From assembly GCA_027061625.1 (NCBI GenBank), contig JAMOVF010000147.1, positions 1 through 25,667 on the forward strand: 25,667 nt of DNA, in the 5' to 3' direction. Position 1 is the first letter of the stretch; each line of letters starts with the position of its first letter. The stretch is from Deltaproteobacteria bacterium (lineage in GTDB: Bacteria; Desulfobacterota; Dissulfuribacteria; Dissulfuribacterales; JALVPX01). The translations under genes were made by a program, and so were the position numbers. This document shows positions 8,928-17,671 of the stretch, one piece after another. The notes beneath the pieces were generated by a model, which did not search any database, was not told the origin of the DNA, and was given only the letters and a program-made list of their open reading frames with translations.

Positions 8928-9271
8928 AGGAAATCAAGTTGCTGATTCATGTTGCTTCCAGCAATCGCTGGGATGTAGCGGCAAAAAATGGCTTAAATTT
9001 TTTGAAAAGCAGGGAAGATGGTGAAGAACTCATGGTCCGCATTGTGGCCAATGGAGATGCAGTCACCAGATGCATAAAGTGTGACAGGCCTCTGTTTGAT
9101 AAGCTAAAACAGATAGTCCTTGATGGAGGAGAGATATTTTTATGCAAAAATTCCCTCAGGGATCACGATATTAAAAAAGAAAGGTTGCCGGATTTTTTTA
9201 AAACAGTTCCAGCAGCCATTAGGGTGTTGGCGGAGTGGCAGCAGCAGGGTTGGGTATATGTAAGGCCTTAA
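8924..9271 (+). CDS. DsrE/DsrF-like family protein (COG1416-type)
   Basis: [35 protein letters not shown] are typical of this family; ATGA overlap with the ilvD stop. Confidence 0.78.
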   Translation: MKEIKLLIHVASSNRWDVAAKNGLNFLKSREDGEELMVRIVANGDAVTRCIKCDRPLFDKLKQIVLDGGEIFLCKNSLRDHDIKKERLPDFFKTVPAAIRVLAEWQQQGWVYVRP

Positions 9272-9588
9272 CCCATGTTCTGGACAGAATCTTCAGGAAA
9301 CCAGGTAAGGTGCCAAAATCTGTAGAATTCAGAGGCGGTTATATAATCATAAGGCACGCCAACCTTATCACAGAATTCATAGAGGGGGTCTTTCTCCCCA
9401 CAAATGACATGGTATGATTGGCGTCTGCGCGAATGATAATTCTCATGTATCGCAATTCGCCCTCTTTCTGCCCAGGCAACAGCCTGTGGGATCTCCTGCA
9501 ATGTAAAAAAACGCACGCCAAAATCCTCCGCCAGCGGCTCAATAATGTGATCTATTTTAGGTAGTGGCTTTTTTTTTCTACGTGCCAC
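9268..9588 (-). CDS. Hypothetical protein, 106 aa
   Basis: Fills the gap between the DsrE gene and the hisB promoter region; protein-like composition, basic N-terminus; stop overlaps the DsrE stop at TTAA. No family recognised firmly. Confidence 0.6.
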   Translation of the reverse strand: MARRKKKPLPKIDHIIEPLAEDFGVRFFTLQEIPQAVAWAERGRIAIHENYHSRRRQSYHVICGEKDPLYEFCDKVGVPYDYITASEFYRFWHLTWFPEDSVQNMG

Positions 9589-9611
9589 GAAAATATCCTG
9601 ACATCTGTTTT

Positions 9612-9658
9612 TTTTGAGGCGGACTCTAATTAATATTAAAAAGAGCGTGGCCTCAAAA
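9612..9658. repeat. Inverted repeat in the divergent region before hisB
   Basis: TTTTGAGGC (9612-9620) and GCCTCAAAA (9650-9658) are perfect reverse complements, with inner CTCT/AGAG flanking an AT-only core. Confidence 0.45.
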
Positions 9659-9718
9659 GACTAATCGGCCTTGAGCCTGATATGCTTAAACGAAAATCGG
9701 AACTTGGAGGGTATTGCA

Positions 9719-10309
9719 GTGAAAAGACATGCAGAAATACATAGGGAAACAAAAGAAACCCAGATAGAACTTGAACTCACTATTGAGGGCAAAGGCCAGG
9801 CAGATATACAAACCGGTGTTGGATTCCTGGACCACATGCTCACCCTCTTTGCAGCCCATGGCTTTTTTGATCTAAAGATATCAGCAAAGGGAGATCTGCA
9901 CATAGACGCCCATCATACAGTGGAAGATATAGGAATATGCATGGGAAGGGCATTTTCCCAGGCCTTGGGTGAATTTAAAGGTATTGCCCGCTACGGTTTT
10001 TATCTCCTGCCCATGGAGGAAAGCCTTGCACAAGTTGCCTTAGACCTATGCAAACGCCCCTTTTTGGTATTCAATGCCCAATTCCCCTCTTCTAAAATTG
10101 GAGAATTTGACGCTGAACTGGTGGAAGAATTTCTCCGCGCATTTGCATTCAATGCTGGCATCACGCTCCATGTTCATGTAATTTATGGTAGAAACAGTCA
10201 TCATATGGCAGAGGCCATTTTTAAAGGCCTGGGTAGAGCAATGGATATGGCCACCCAGTTTGATACCCGTCTGGAAGGCTCAACAATGTCAACCAAGGGA
10301 GTTTTATAG
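9719..10309 (+). CDS. hisB: Imidazoleglycerol-phosphate dehydratase
   Basis: RETKETQI, TGVGFLDHML, GDLHIDAHHTVED, PMEESL, NSHHMAEAIFK, STKGVL. GTG start at 9719 after GGAGG. Confidence 0.96.
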   Translation: MKRHAEIHRETKETQIELELTIEGKGQADIQTGVGFLDHMLTLFAAHGFFDLKISAKGDLHIDAHHTVEDIGICMGRAFSQALGEFKGIARYGFYLLPMEESLAQVALDLCKRPFLVFNAQFPSSKIGEFDAELVEEFLRAFAFNAGITLHVHVIYGRNSHHMAEAIFKGLGRAMDMATQFDTRLEGSTMSTKGVL

Positions 10310-11001
10310 TGTATATCAACAGCCGCAGCAGAAAGTATGATTTTACAATTATCTTTTTTGCCATAGCAGTCATTCTGTCATCATGCACCGTTATAAAAAA
10401 ATCGCACAAAGAAGCAGGCCCTCCCCTGCCCTCTTTGGATAAAATAGCAGTCCTTCCCATGGATAGGGCTAACCTAAAGCCCCAGCCTGGAGAAGCTACA
10501 TGTGCCTTGAGTGACACCTTTTACGAAGCGAGCGATGTCCCCATAGAGGCAGCACGCAAATTAACAAAACTGCTTCTAGACAGTGTCAAAAATGACCCAA
10601 GATTTGTGCCGGTAGAGGAGAAAAAATGTGTAAGTTTTCTGAGCAGAATGCTTATTACAGAGCCAAATGCACCACAACTGCGTCTTATTCAGGCCTTAGG
10701 CAAAGAGCTTGGTGTTGATGCAGTTCTTTATGGCAAGCTATTCAGGTTTGAAGAACGCATTGGCGGACCCTATGGCGTGGAACGCCCTGCATCTGTTACC
10801 TTTACCCTCTATCTCATAAGGACAAAAGATGGAGCAGTGCTATGGCGTTATGCCTTCAACGAAACCCAGCAACCCCTTACAGAGAATCTTTTCAAGGCAG
10901 GCCTTTACAAAAAAACGGGGTTTAGATGGCTAACTGCTGAGGAGTTAGCCAAGATTGGCATTGAAGAGGCCATTAAAGACCTTAAAAAAAGAATCCAGTA
11001 G
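10309..11001 (+). CDS. Lipoprotein of unknown function (CsgG/LpoB/TolB-N-like alpha/beta fold suspected)
   Basis: Basic N-terminus, hydrophobic stretch and lipobox LSSC (Cys26); KIAVLPM, LGKELGVDAVLYG, VTFTLYLIRTKDGAVLW pattern. GTG overlaps the hisB TAG. Confidence 0.72.
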   Translation: MYINSRSRKYDFTIIFFAIAVILSSCTVIKKSHKEAGPPLPSLDKIAVLPMDRANLKPQPGEATCALSDTFYEASDVPIEAARKLTKLLLDSVKNDPRFVPVEEKKCVSFLSRMLITEPNAPQLRLIQALGKELGVDAVLYGKLFRFEERIGGPYGVERPASVTFTLYLIRTKDGAVLWRYAFNETQQPLTENLFKAGLYKKTGFRWLTAEELAKIGIEEAIKDLKKRIQ

Positions 11002-11014
11002 AAAGTTATTATAA

Positions 11015-13042
11015 ATGGAAATACAACCTGGCCAAGTTGTGGAGTTCTTGGACAGCCAGCGCTTTGTATCTGCTGTCTGCTTAGGTAAAAAAGGGAATAG
11101 ATACCATCTCTTAACCCATCTGGGCAGAGAAATAAATATCCCTTCTGCCAGAATTTTACATGCATCACCCAGCCCTTTTGGCTCTGAACTCCCAAGCAGG
11201 GAGGAAATGCTCAAGACCCTTCAGGCCATTCAGAAACAGAGGGAAAAGCTTGCAGAACAGATTGACTTGAAAGAATTGTGGGAACTTGTGCAGGGTGAAC
11301 ATTATGCATGGCTTCCAAGAGATTTAGCAGAATTGGCCTTTTCTGGCGAAACCACTCCTGACCATGAGGCTGCACTCATAAGGGCCGTTATAGATGAACG
11401 CACCCACTTCAAGTTCCGGGAAGGCAATATTGTGGTGCAAACCCCAGAAGCGGTGGCAAAACTAATGGCACAAAAGGCCCGGGAACAGGAAAAACTAAAA
11501 AGACTGGCAAAGGGCAGCGACTGGATTGAAGGCCTGTGGAGCAATGAAGAGAACAAGAAAGATGAAGCTCTAAGCAGGCTGGAAGATGAGGATATTTCCT
11601 ATTGGACGAATGCCATACAGGATTTCTGTATCAAGGGAGATGATTCTGAACATGCTCCAGCAGTGCGTTCCCTTTTCCGCCAGACCGGCAAAGTTAACCC
11701 TACCGCTCCTTTTGATACCTTGGTGCTTGCTGGTATATGGCATCCAGACCAGAATTTGGAAATCCTGCGCCACGGCCTCAGTAAAGATTTTCCTGAAAAA
11801 GTGTTGAAACAGGCTGAAGAGTTAGCAAAAGTTGAGATCAAACCAGAAGAAGGACGCACTGACTTGAGGCATCTTCACCTGATCACAATAGATGCCCCTG
11901 AAAGCCTTGATCTGGATGATGCCCTACATTTTAAAAGGCTTGAGTCAGGCAACTATGAACTTGGGGTCCACATAACAGATATTGGAGAACTGGTTGAGCC
12001 TGGAACTCCACTTTTTGAAGAAGCTATAACTAGGGCAACATCCATCTATCTACCTGATCTGAAAATACCCATGCTGCCTGAAATCTTGTCTCAACATGCC
12101 TGGAGCCTTCACAAAGGGAAAAGCCGCAGAGGACTTTCTTTCATTATGGAGATAGATCCCAAGGGCAATATAATTGCTTCCAATATTGTAAGGAGCATAA
12201 TCGAGGTAAAAGAGAGATTAAGCTATGATGAGGCAGAAAAATTAATAGAAGGTGAACATTGGCTTAGAAAATTACACACACTATGCATAGAACACCAAGA
12301 ACGAAGAATTGAACATGGCGCCTTGCCCATGCCCATACCTGAACTTAATATTATAGTTGATCCTGAAGGTGAGGTTGAAATAGAGCTTATTCAACCAGGA
12401 AAGGCAAGGTTTTTAATTGCTGAATCCATGATTATTGCAAATGAAGTAGCTGCACAATTCTTGAAGTCCAATAAAATACCAGCATTATATAGGAGCCAGC
12501 CTCCACCAAGGGAACAGATAATGCAGGGAGGAGAGACAGACCTCCTTGAAAACCTGCGCCAAAGAAGGCTCATAAGCAGGGGTGTTCTCAGTATGGAGCC
12601 AGCATTTCATTCTGGTTTGGGAGTGGAGGCATATACCACCGTTACCTCACCTTTGAGAAGGGCCTTGGACCTGGTGATGCAGCAGCAGATCACTTCTTTT
12701 ATAAAGGAGGGCAAGCCGCTTCATAACCATGAACAAGTAGAAAAGATTTCAATTTATATTCAGCAAGGCCTTAATAGTGCAGCAGCAGTCCGCCAGGCAC
12801 GTGTCCGCTACTGGATCTTGAAACACATATTGCAAAGAAAGACAGAAACACTGCCTGCATGGATACTTGAAGTAACTCCGCAAAAGGTTCTGGCCATATT
12901 GGCAGACTATCTTTTGACAGTTGAACTTCCTCCCAGGCGTGACAAAAATTACCCCTCTGATAAACCTGTGGACTTAAAGGTTAAAAAGGTGTCACCCAGG
13001 GAAAATGTATTGAAGATGGCGTGGGCAGATGGAGCGCCATAA
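11015..13042 (+). CDS. RNB-domain 3'-5' exoribonuclease (RNase II/R family)
   Basis: ITIDAPESLDLDDAL with the four catalytic-region Asp, GVHITD, TSIYLP...PMLP, LIAESMIIANE, TSPLRRALDL. Confidence 0.9.
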   Translation: MEIQPGQVVEFLDSQRFVSAVCLGKKGNRYHLLTHLGREINIPSARILHASPSPFGSELPSREEMLKTLQAIQKQREKLAEQIDLKELWELVQGEHYAWLPRDLAELAFSGETTPDHEAALIRAVIDERTHFKFREGNIVVQTPEAVAKLMAQKAREQEKLKRLAKGSDWIEGLWSNEENKKDEALSRLEDEDISYWTNAIQDFCIKGDDSEHAPAVRSLFRQTGKVNPTAPFDTLVLAGIWHPDQNLEILRHGLSKDFPEKVLKQAEELAKVEIKPEEGRTDLRHLHLITIDAPESLDLDDALHFKRLESGNYELGVHITDIGELVEPGTPLFEEAITRATSIYLPDLKIPMLPEILSQHAWSLHKGKSRRGLSFIMEIDPKGNIIASNIVRSIIEVKERLSYDEAEKLIEGEHWLRKLHTLCIEHQERRIEHGALPMPIPELNIIVDPEGEVEIELIQPGKARFLIAESMIIANEVAAQFLKSNKIPALYRSQPPPREQIMQGGETDLLENLRQRRLISRGVLSMEPAFHSGLGVEAYTTVTSPLRRALDLVMQQQITSFIKEGKPLHNHEQVEKISIYIQQGLNSAAAVRQARVRYWILKHILQRKTETLPAWILEVTPQKVLAILADYLLTVELPPRRDKNYPSDKPVDLKVKKVSPRENVLKMAWADGAP

Positions 13043-13073
13043 GACTTAATAAAGAAATGGGGAGAGTTTAGAT

Positions 13074-13748
13074 ATGAACATTAAGAGGAGAATATTTTGG
13101 TGGTCACTCCTGGTCTTTGCGGCCCTGGCAGCAATTTCAGGAGCAGTAGTATATTTTAATCCCGAGCTCATGGAGGAGTGGTATGGAATTGCGCTTCTGG
13201 CAGGCCCTCCACTTGGATGGCTGATATTCCTTGTCGCTGCCACATCAGGCATTCCTGAACAAGTTCCAGAAACAGTGGCACAGCCGCTGGAAGATGAAGA
13301 AGCAGCCGAGACAGAACAAAAAGAGGAAGAGGCTGCTGTAAAAGAGGAAACAAAAGAGGAATGTGTGCCAGTTGAAGTGGTAGCGGCCCAGATATTGGGT
13401 CTGCTTCAGCGTGAAGGACGACTTATAGATTTTTTACAGGAAGATATAGAACCCTATGACGATGCCCAGATTGGAGCAGCAGTGCGGGAAGTCCACCGCG
13501 GCTGCCGGAATGCACTAAAAGAGGTATTTGGCATAGAGCCTGTGATAAATGCCCAAGAGGGCACAGAAGTGGAAATTGATGAAGATTTTGATCCTGCCCA
13601 GATAAAACTTGTGGGCAATGTTAAGGGCAACCCGCCTTTTAAGGGAATAATCAAGCATACTGGATGGAAGTTTAGTGAAGTAAGGCTTCCCAAATGGACT
13701 GGCAAAACCAGCAAAAACATCCTTGCACCAGCAGAGGTTGAAATATAG
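13074..13748 (+). CDS. DUF2760 domain protein with N-terminal membrane anchor
   Basis: Two hydrophobic N-terminal segments, a Glu-rich linker, then LGLLQREGRLIDFLQEDI..YDDAQIGAAVREVHRGC, which I recognise as DUF2760; coupled to the Hsp70 gene. Confidence 0.8.
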   Translation: MNIKRRIFWWSLLVFAALAAISGAVVYFNPELMEEWYGIALLAGPPLGWLIFLVAATSGIPEQVPETVAQPLEDEEAAETEQKEEEAAVKEETKEECVPVEVVAAQILGLLQREGRLIDFLQEDIEPYDDAQIGAAVREVHRGCRNALKEVFGIEPVINAQEGTEVEIDEDFDPAQIKLVGNVKGNPPFKGIIKHTGWKFSEVRLPKWTGKTSKNILAPAEVEI

Positions 13749-15541
13749 TGAGCAGATATCTGATTGGAATAGACTTGGGCACCACAAACACGGTGCTCTC
13801 TTATATAGACACTGAAACAGACGCCAAGGGGGAAATAAAGGTCTTTCCTGTTCCCCAAGTGGTAGCACCTGGAGAAGTTGCAGAAAAGAATCTTCTGCCC
13901 TCATTTATATACATAACCACAGAACAAGAAAAAAAGGCTGGCGGCCTAAACCTTCCTTGGGACCCCTTTGGGGAACGTGTGGTTGGAGAATATGCCAGGA
14001 AGCGGGGAGCAGAAGTCCCTGGCAGGCTTATCTCCTCAGCAAAAAGCTGGCTATGCCATAAAGGTGTTGATAGAACAGCCCCAATTCTTCCCCTTGAGGC
14101 TTCTGAAGATGTGCAGAAGCTTTCTCCCATAGCTGCTTCAGCTACTTTTTTAAGGCATCTAAAGGCTGCCTGGAACCATACAATAGGAAAAGAGACTGGA
14201 CAGAAAATTGAAGAACAGGAAATTTTCCTTACCATACCCGCTTCTTTTGATGCCGTAGCTAGAGAGCTTACTCTTCAGGCAGCAAGAAGTGCGGGCCTTG
14301 AAAACATCACCCTGCTTGAAGAGCCGCAGGCCGCCTTTTATGCCTGGCTCCATGCCAACATGGAGACATGGAAAGATGCCATACAACCTGGTGATCTGGT
14401 TCTCGTTTGCGATGTTGGCGGCGGGACCACAGACTTCAGCCTAATAAGGGTTACCAGCGAGGATGGTGAACTTGGGCTTAAGCGTCTTGCTGTAGGGGAT
14501 CATCTGCTTCTTGGCGGGGACAACATGGACTTGGCTCTGGCCTATTATGTTTCAGAAGAACTGAAGAAAAAGGGTACTAAGCTAGACAGGATGCAGTTCC
14601 AGGTGCTGATCCATGCTACACGCCTGGCAAAGGAACAGCTCCTTTCAGATGATTCACTCGAGCAGGCATCCATAGTAATTCCTGGAAGGGGAACAGGACT
14701 GGTTGGCGGAACCATCAAAACCGAGCTTTCCAGGAAGACAGTAGACGATATATTGGTGCAAGGCTTTTTTCCAGAGTGCAGCCGGAATGACCTGCCTGTT
14801 CAAAGGCCCAAAACTGGCCTTCAAGAACTTGGCCTGCCATATGTGGATGACACAGCCATTACAAAGCACCTGGCAGCCTTTCTGGCCACCAGCCAGGATG
14901 GTGAAGGCGAAATGCCCACAGCTATTCTCTTTAACGGCGGTGTATTCAAATCAAAATTGCTGAGAAGCAGGCTCTTTGACGTAGTAAAGAGCTGGGATGG
15001 CGAGCAGGAAGCGGGCCTGAAGGAACTTTCCAATCCAGATATGGATCTTTCAGTCTCTCTTGGTGCTGCCTATTTTGGCCTGGTTTCCAAGGGAGAAGGC
15101 CTCAAAATTAGGGGAGGAATTGCCAGATCATATTACATAGGCATCGAAAGCAGCCGCCCTGCGGTGCCGGGCCTTCCACCTGAAATAAAGGCATTGTGCA
15201 TTGTGCCCCAAGGTATGGAAGAAGGGAGCTCCATTGAGGTGCCTGGAAAGACTTTTGGCCTTTTAGTAGGGCAGCCTGTGGAGTTTCTATTTCTCGCTTC
15301 CAGGACCAGACAGGATGATAAACCTGGTGATATAATTGATGACTGGGAAGATTCCATTGAGCAAGTGAGCAAGGTTGAAACTGCCATGGAATCAGCAGAA
15401 ATTGAACCAGGCACCATGATTCCTGTTCAAATAGAGGCTGAATTAACTGAAATAGGCACCCTGGCCCTATATTTGGTATCCAAAGAACATAACCAGAGGT
15501 TTAAACTGGAATTTAATGTAAGGGAGGAGGGACAGGCCTAG
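13748..15541 (+). CDS. Atypical Hsp70-family ATPase (not DnaK, HscA or HscC)
   Basis: IGIDLGTTN, LTIPASFD, LLEEPQAAFY, DVGGGTTDFS, LGGDNMD, LFNGG; beta-rich C-terminus with no helical lid; 597 aa. Confidence 0.9.
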   Translation: MSRYLIGIDLGTTNTVLSYIDTETDAKGEIKVFPVPQVVAPGEVAEKNLLPSFIYITTEQEKKAGGLNLPWDPFGERVVGEYARKRGAEVPGRLISSAKSWLCHKGVDRTAPILPLEASEDVQKLSPIAASATFLRHLKAAWNHTIGKETGQKIEEQEIFLTIPASFDAVARELTLQAARSAGLENITLLEEPQAAFYAWLHANMETWKDAIQPGDLVLVCDVGGGTTDFSLIRVTSEDGELGLKRLAVGDHLLLGGDNMDLALAYYVSEELKKKGTKLDRMQFQVLIHATRLAKEQLLSDDSLEQASIVIPGRGTGLVGGTIKTELSRKTVDDILVQGFFPECSRNDLPVQRPKTGLQELGLPYVDDTAITKHLAAFLATSQDGEGEMPTAILFNGGVFKSKLLRSRLFDVVKSWDGEQEAGLKELSNPDMDLSVSLGAAYFGLVSKGEGLKIRGGIARSYYIGIESSRPAVPGLPPEIKALCIVPQGMEEGSSIEVPGKTFGLLVGQPVEFLFLASRTRQDDKPGDIIDDWEDSIEQVSKVETAMESAEIEPGTMIPVQIEAELTEIGTLALYLVSKEHNQRFKLEFNVREEGQA

Positions 15542-15756
15542 TCCTCTCCCTCTACATGAATGCATTTTGTAGGGCACATTACCACTGCCATGCGCACCGA
15601 ATCATCCATTTCCACTTCTTCTTTTGTGACTTCAGGCAGTTGGGTGAATTCGTTCATGGTGAAGGTTTCAGGGCTCTCTTCCATACAGGTGCCGCACATT
15701 TTACAATGAAAGGTGTCTATATATATTGATCTCTTTTTGCCTTTGTTTTCTTCCAT
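15538..15756 (-). CDS. Monocluster [4Fe-4S] ferredoxin
   Basis: C18-x2-C21-x2-C24-x3-SP and distal C61-P (CKMCGTCMEESPETF...MCPTKCI); acidic; 72 aa. Confidence 0.85.
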   Translation of the reverse strand: MEENKGKKRSIYIDTFHCKMCGTCMEESPETFTMNEFTQLPEVTKEEVEMDDSVRMAVVMCPTKCIHVEGED

Positions 15757-15913
15757 TCAAATTTCCCCGCTGTGACTTAATATCTTCAGCTAGTGTCAAA
15801 AAAGATAACCACTTATTTATAAAAACACAATTAATAAGAGCGTTGCAGCATTTGGAAAGATTGCAATTAAAGAAACCAAAAGCTGGAATGTTATGTTTAT
15901 GGCAAAGAAACTT

Positions 15914-17653
15914 TTATACTATTTCCAAAAAGGTATGCTTTTCTGGATCATAAACTAATTCTATATTGAGTGTTACACTGCTGTCAGAAGCACCACTATT
16001 CCATTTCCGCTCCAAGTCACCGCATTTAAGATACAAGATTGCAGAAGGAGCCAGAGAGCCGATAATTTTAAATCTTATTTGACATAGCCTTTCCTCTAAG
16101 TGTTTATACTCCTCATTTACCTCTTGAAGCTCTATGGCCATTTCTTCTTGTTCTTCCTTAAGTGCAACAATTTTAGCCGCCCTACGTCCTATTGCATGAA
16201 GATAGTCTGGAACCTCCTGCATCCAACTAGCCAAAGATTTATACGCCTTCTCTGCCCTCAAGGTGCCTTTTAAAATAGCAGCCAAAAAATGACGAAGCCC
16301 TATTATGGCCTGCATTCCATCCTTGTCTGCAGAGTTCTGGATCTCTTTTAGCCTTTCTCCAAGAGATGCCACTTGATCCTTTAAGGTATTCATGCTGGTA
16401 CGCAGTAAAGCTTCAAGTTCATTTTTCCGTTGATTCAGCCTATGTCTCTTGTCAAAAAGATCTTGGCCGAGCTCAACATCAACTTGATTTCTTAAATCAA
16501 CGCTTATCATATGTACTTTGTTGGCCTCTATTTTAACATGACCCACAAAAATTTGAGAGACACCTGATGGCTCCATAATAATTGTATCAGAGCGCAAACG
16601 GCATTGTTGCACCTCTTTCAAAACTACTATTTCATCTATAGACTCTAACTTTGCTCCACGTGCTGAACCCACTTCAATAGTTTTTCCAGCTCTAACAGAA
16701 GTTCTTATAAATGAAGCATTTACTGACTTGGTTACATCAATATGTTCCCCCTCTATAGCTCCCTTAACCTCTAAATTGCCATCTATGATAGCTGAAAAAG
16801 TTCCTCGTATATCCCCATTGACCACCACGTCAGCTGAACAACGCAATTCATTATCGTCATCTCCAATATTACCTGTGCTAAAGTCTACATCACCTACAAC
16901 AAGTCTATTTTGTACTGACAAAGCTCTCAAATTGGCTGGATCACGTACAGCTTCTGCAAATCTAGTTATTATTATTCCATTTTCCTTAGCAAAAATATCT
17001 TGGCAGTGTCTGTTCCTTTCTTTGTCAAAGGATTGCTTTATCAGCAAGCCATCTCCAAGTTCAATGGGAAATGGAGAACCAGGCTCAGGTTTGATTGGAA
17101 AGCCATTAACATCTGTTCCAGCCATTCCTGAAGTGGGTTCATATAACCGTGCAAGTAATTCCTCCTTTTGGGCCTGAGGGAATTTGTTTATACACCTGAA
17201 ATCTATTTTGCCATCTGGCAATATTTTTCCTGGTTTGGGCGAGTAATCAAAAAACAGCTCCAAGTCACCTGGAATACCATTTTCCGGCGCTTCTCCTTGA
17301 ATCATCAAGGTTCTTACTTGTGGAGTGGTATTGATAATAACGGTTCTAGGCCTCAGCCTCTCTTCTCTGGCAGGAGCTAAGAAAGTCAGTTCTCCAAAAT
17401 CGCCTTTTTCTATTTGTGAAAAAATATCTTTAGGAAGTCTAATATAGTATCTACCCAATACTATAACTAAGGCCTGGGCTAAATTTTCTGGAGATATTGC
17501 CCTTATGGGCGGAAGGTCAGCAATAACTAATATTATATCTTTATCGAATTTTGATTCTTCAATGGAATCAAGGATATCATCGGCAATATCCTGAATGGAC
17601 ATAGGATTATCGTCCATATCTGCGTCGATCTCCAGGGCCTGACTCAAGCTCAT
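15914..17653 (-). CDS. FapA / DUF342 family protein
   Basis: GKIDFRCINKF...LLARLYEPTSGMAGTDVNG..IKPEPG, GDVDFSTGNI, repeated beta-helix-like segments (DVVVNGDI, GNLEVKGAIEG), C-terminal coiled coil. Confidence 0.75.
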   Translation of the reverse strand: MSLSQALEIDADMDDNPMSIQDIADDILDSIEESKFDKDIILVIADLPPIRAISPENLAQALVIVLGRYYIRLPKDIFSQIEKGDFGELTFLAPAREERLRPRTVIINTTPQVRTLMIQGEAPENGIPGDLELFFDYSPKPGKILPDGKIDFRCINKFPQAQKEELLARLYEPTSGMAGTDVNGFPIKPEPGSPFPIELGDGLLIKQSFDKERNRHCQDIFAKENGIIITRFAEAVRDPANLRALSVQNRLVVGDVDFSTGNIGDDDNELRCSADVVVNGDIRGTFSAIIDGNLEVKGAIEGEHIDVTKSVNASFIRTSVRAGKTIEVGSARGAKLESIDEIVVLKEVQQCRLRSDTIIMEPSGVSQIFVGHVKIEANKVHMISVDLRNQVDVELGQDLFDKRHRLNQRKNELEALLRTSMNTLKDQVASLGERLKEIQNSADKDGMQAIIGLRHFLAAILKGTLRAEKAYKSLASWMQEVPDYLHAIGRRAAKIVALKEEQEEMAIELQEVNEEYKHLEERLCQIRFKIIGSLAPSAILYLKCGDLERKWNSGASDSSVTLNIELVYDPEKHTFLEIV

Positions 17654-17671
17654 TTATCCCCTTTAAGCACT

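Noticed and set aside
13748-15541. Calling the Hsp70 dnaK or hscA
   Set aside because: Divergent motifs, no lid, and no grpE/dnaJ or isc gene context.
15863-15877. sigma54-like TGG...TTGC upstream of the ferredoxin (minus strand)
   Set aside because: Spacing is GG-N11-GC rather than N10, and the CAC core is absent.
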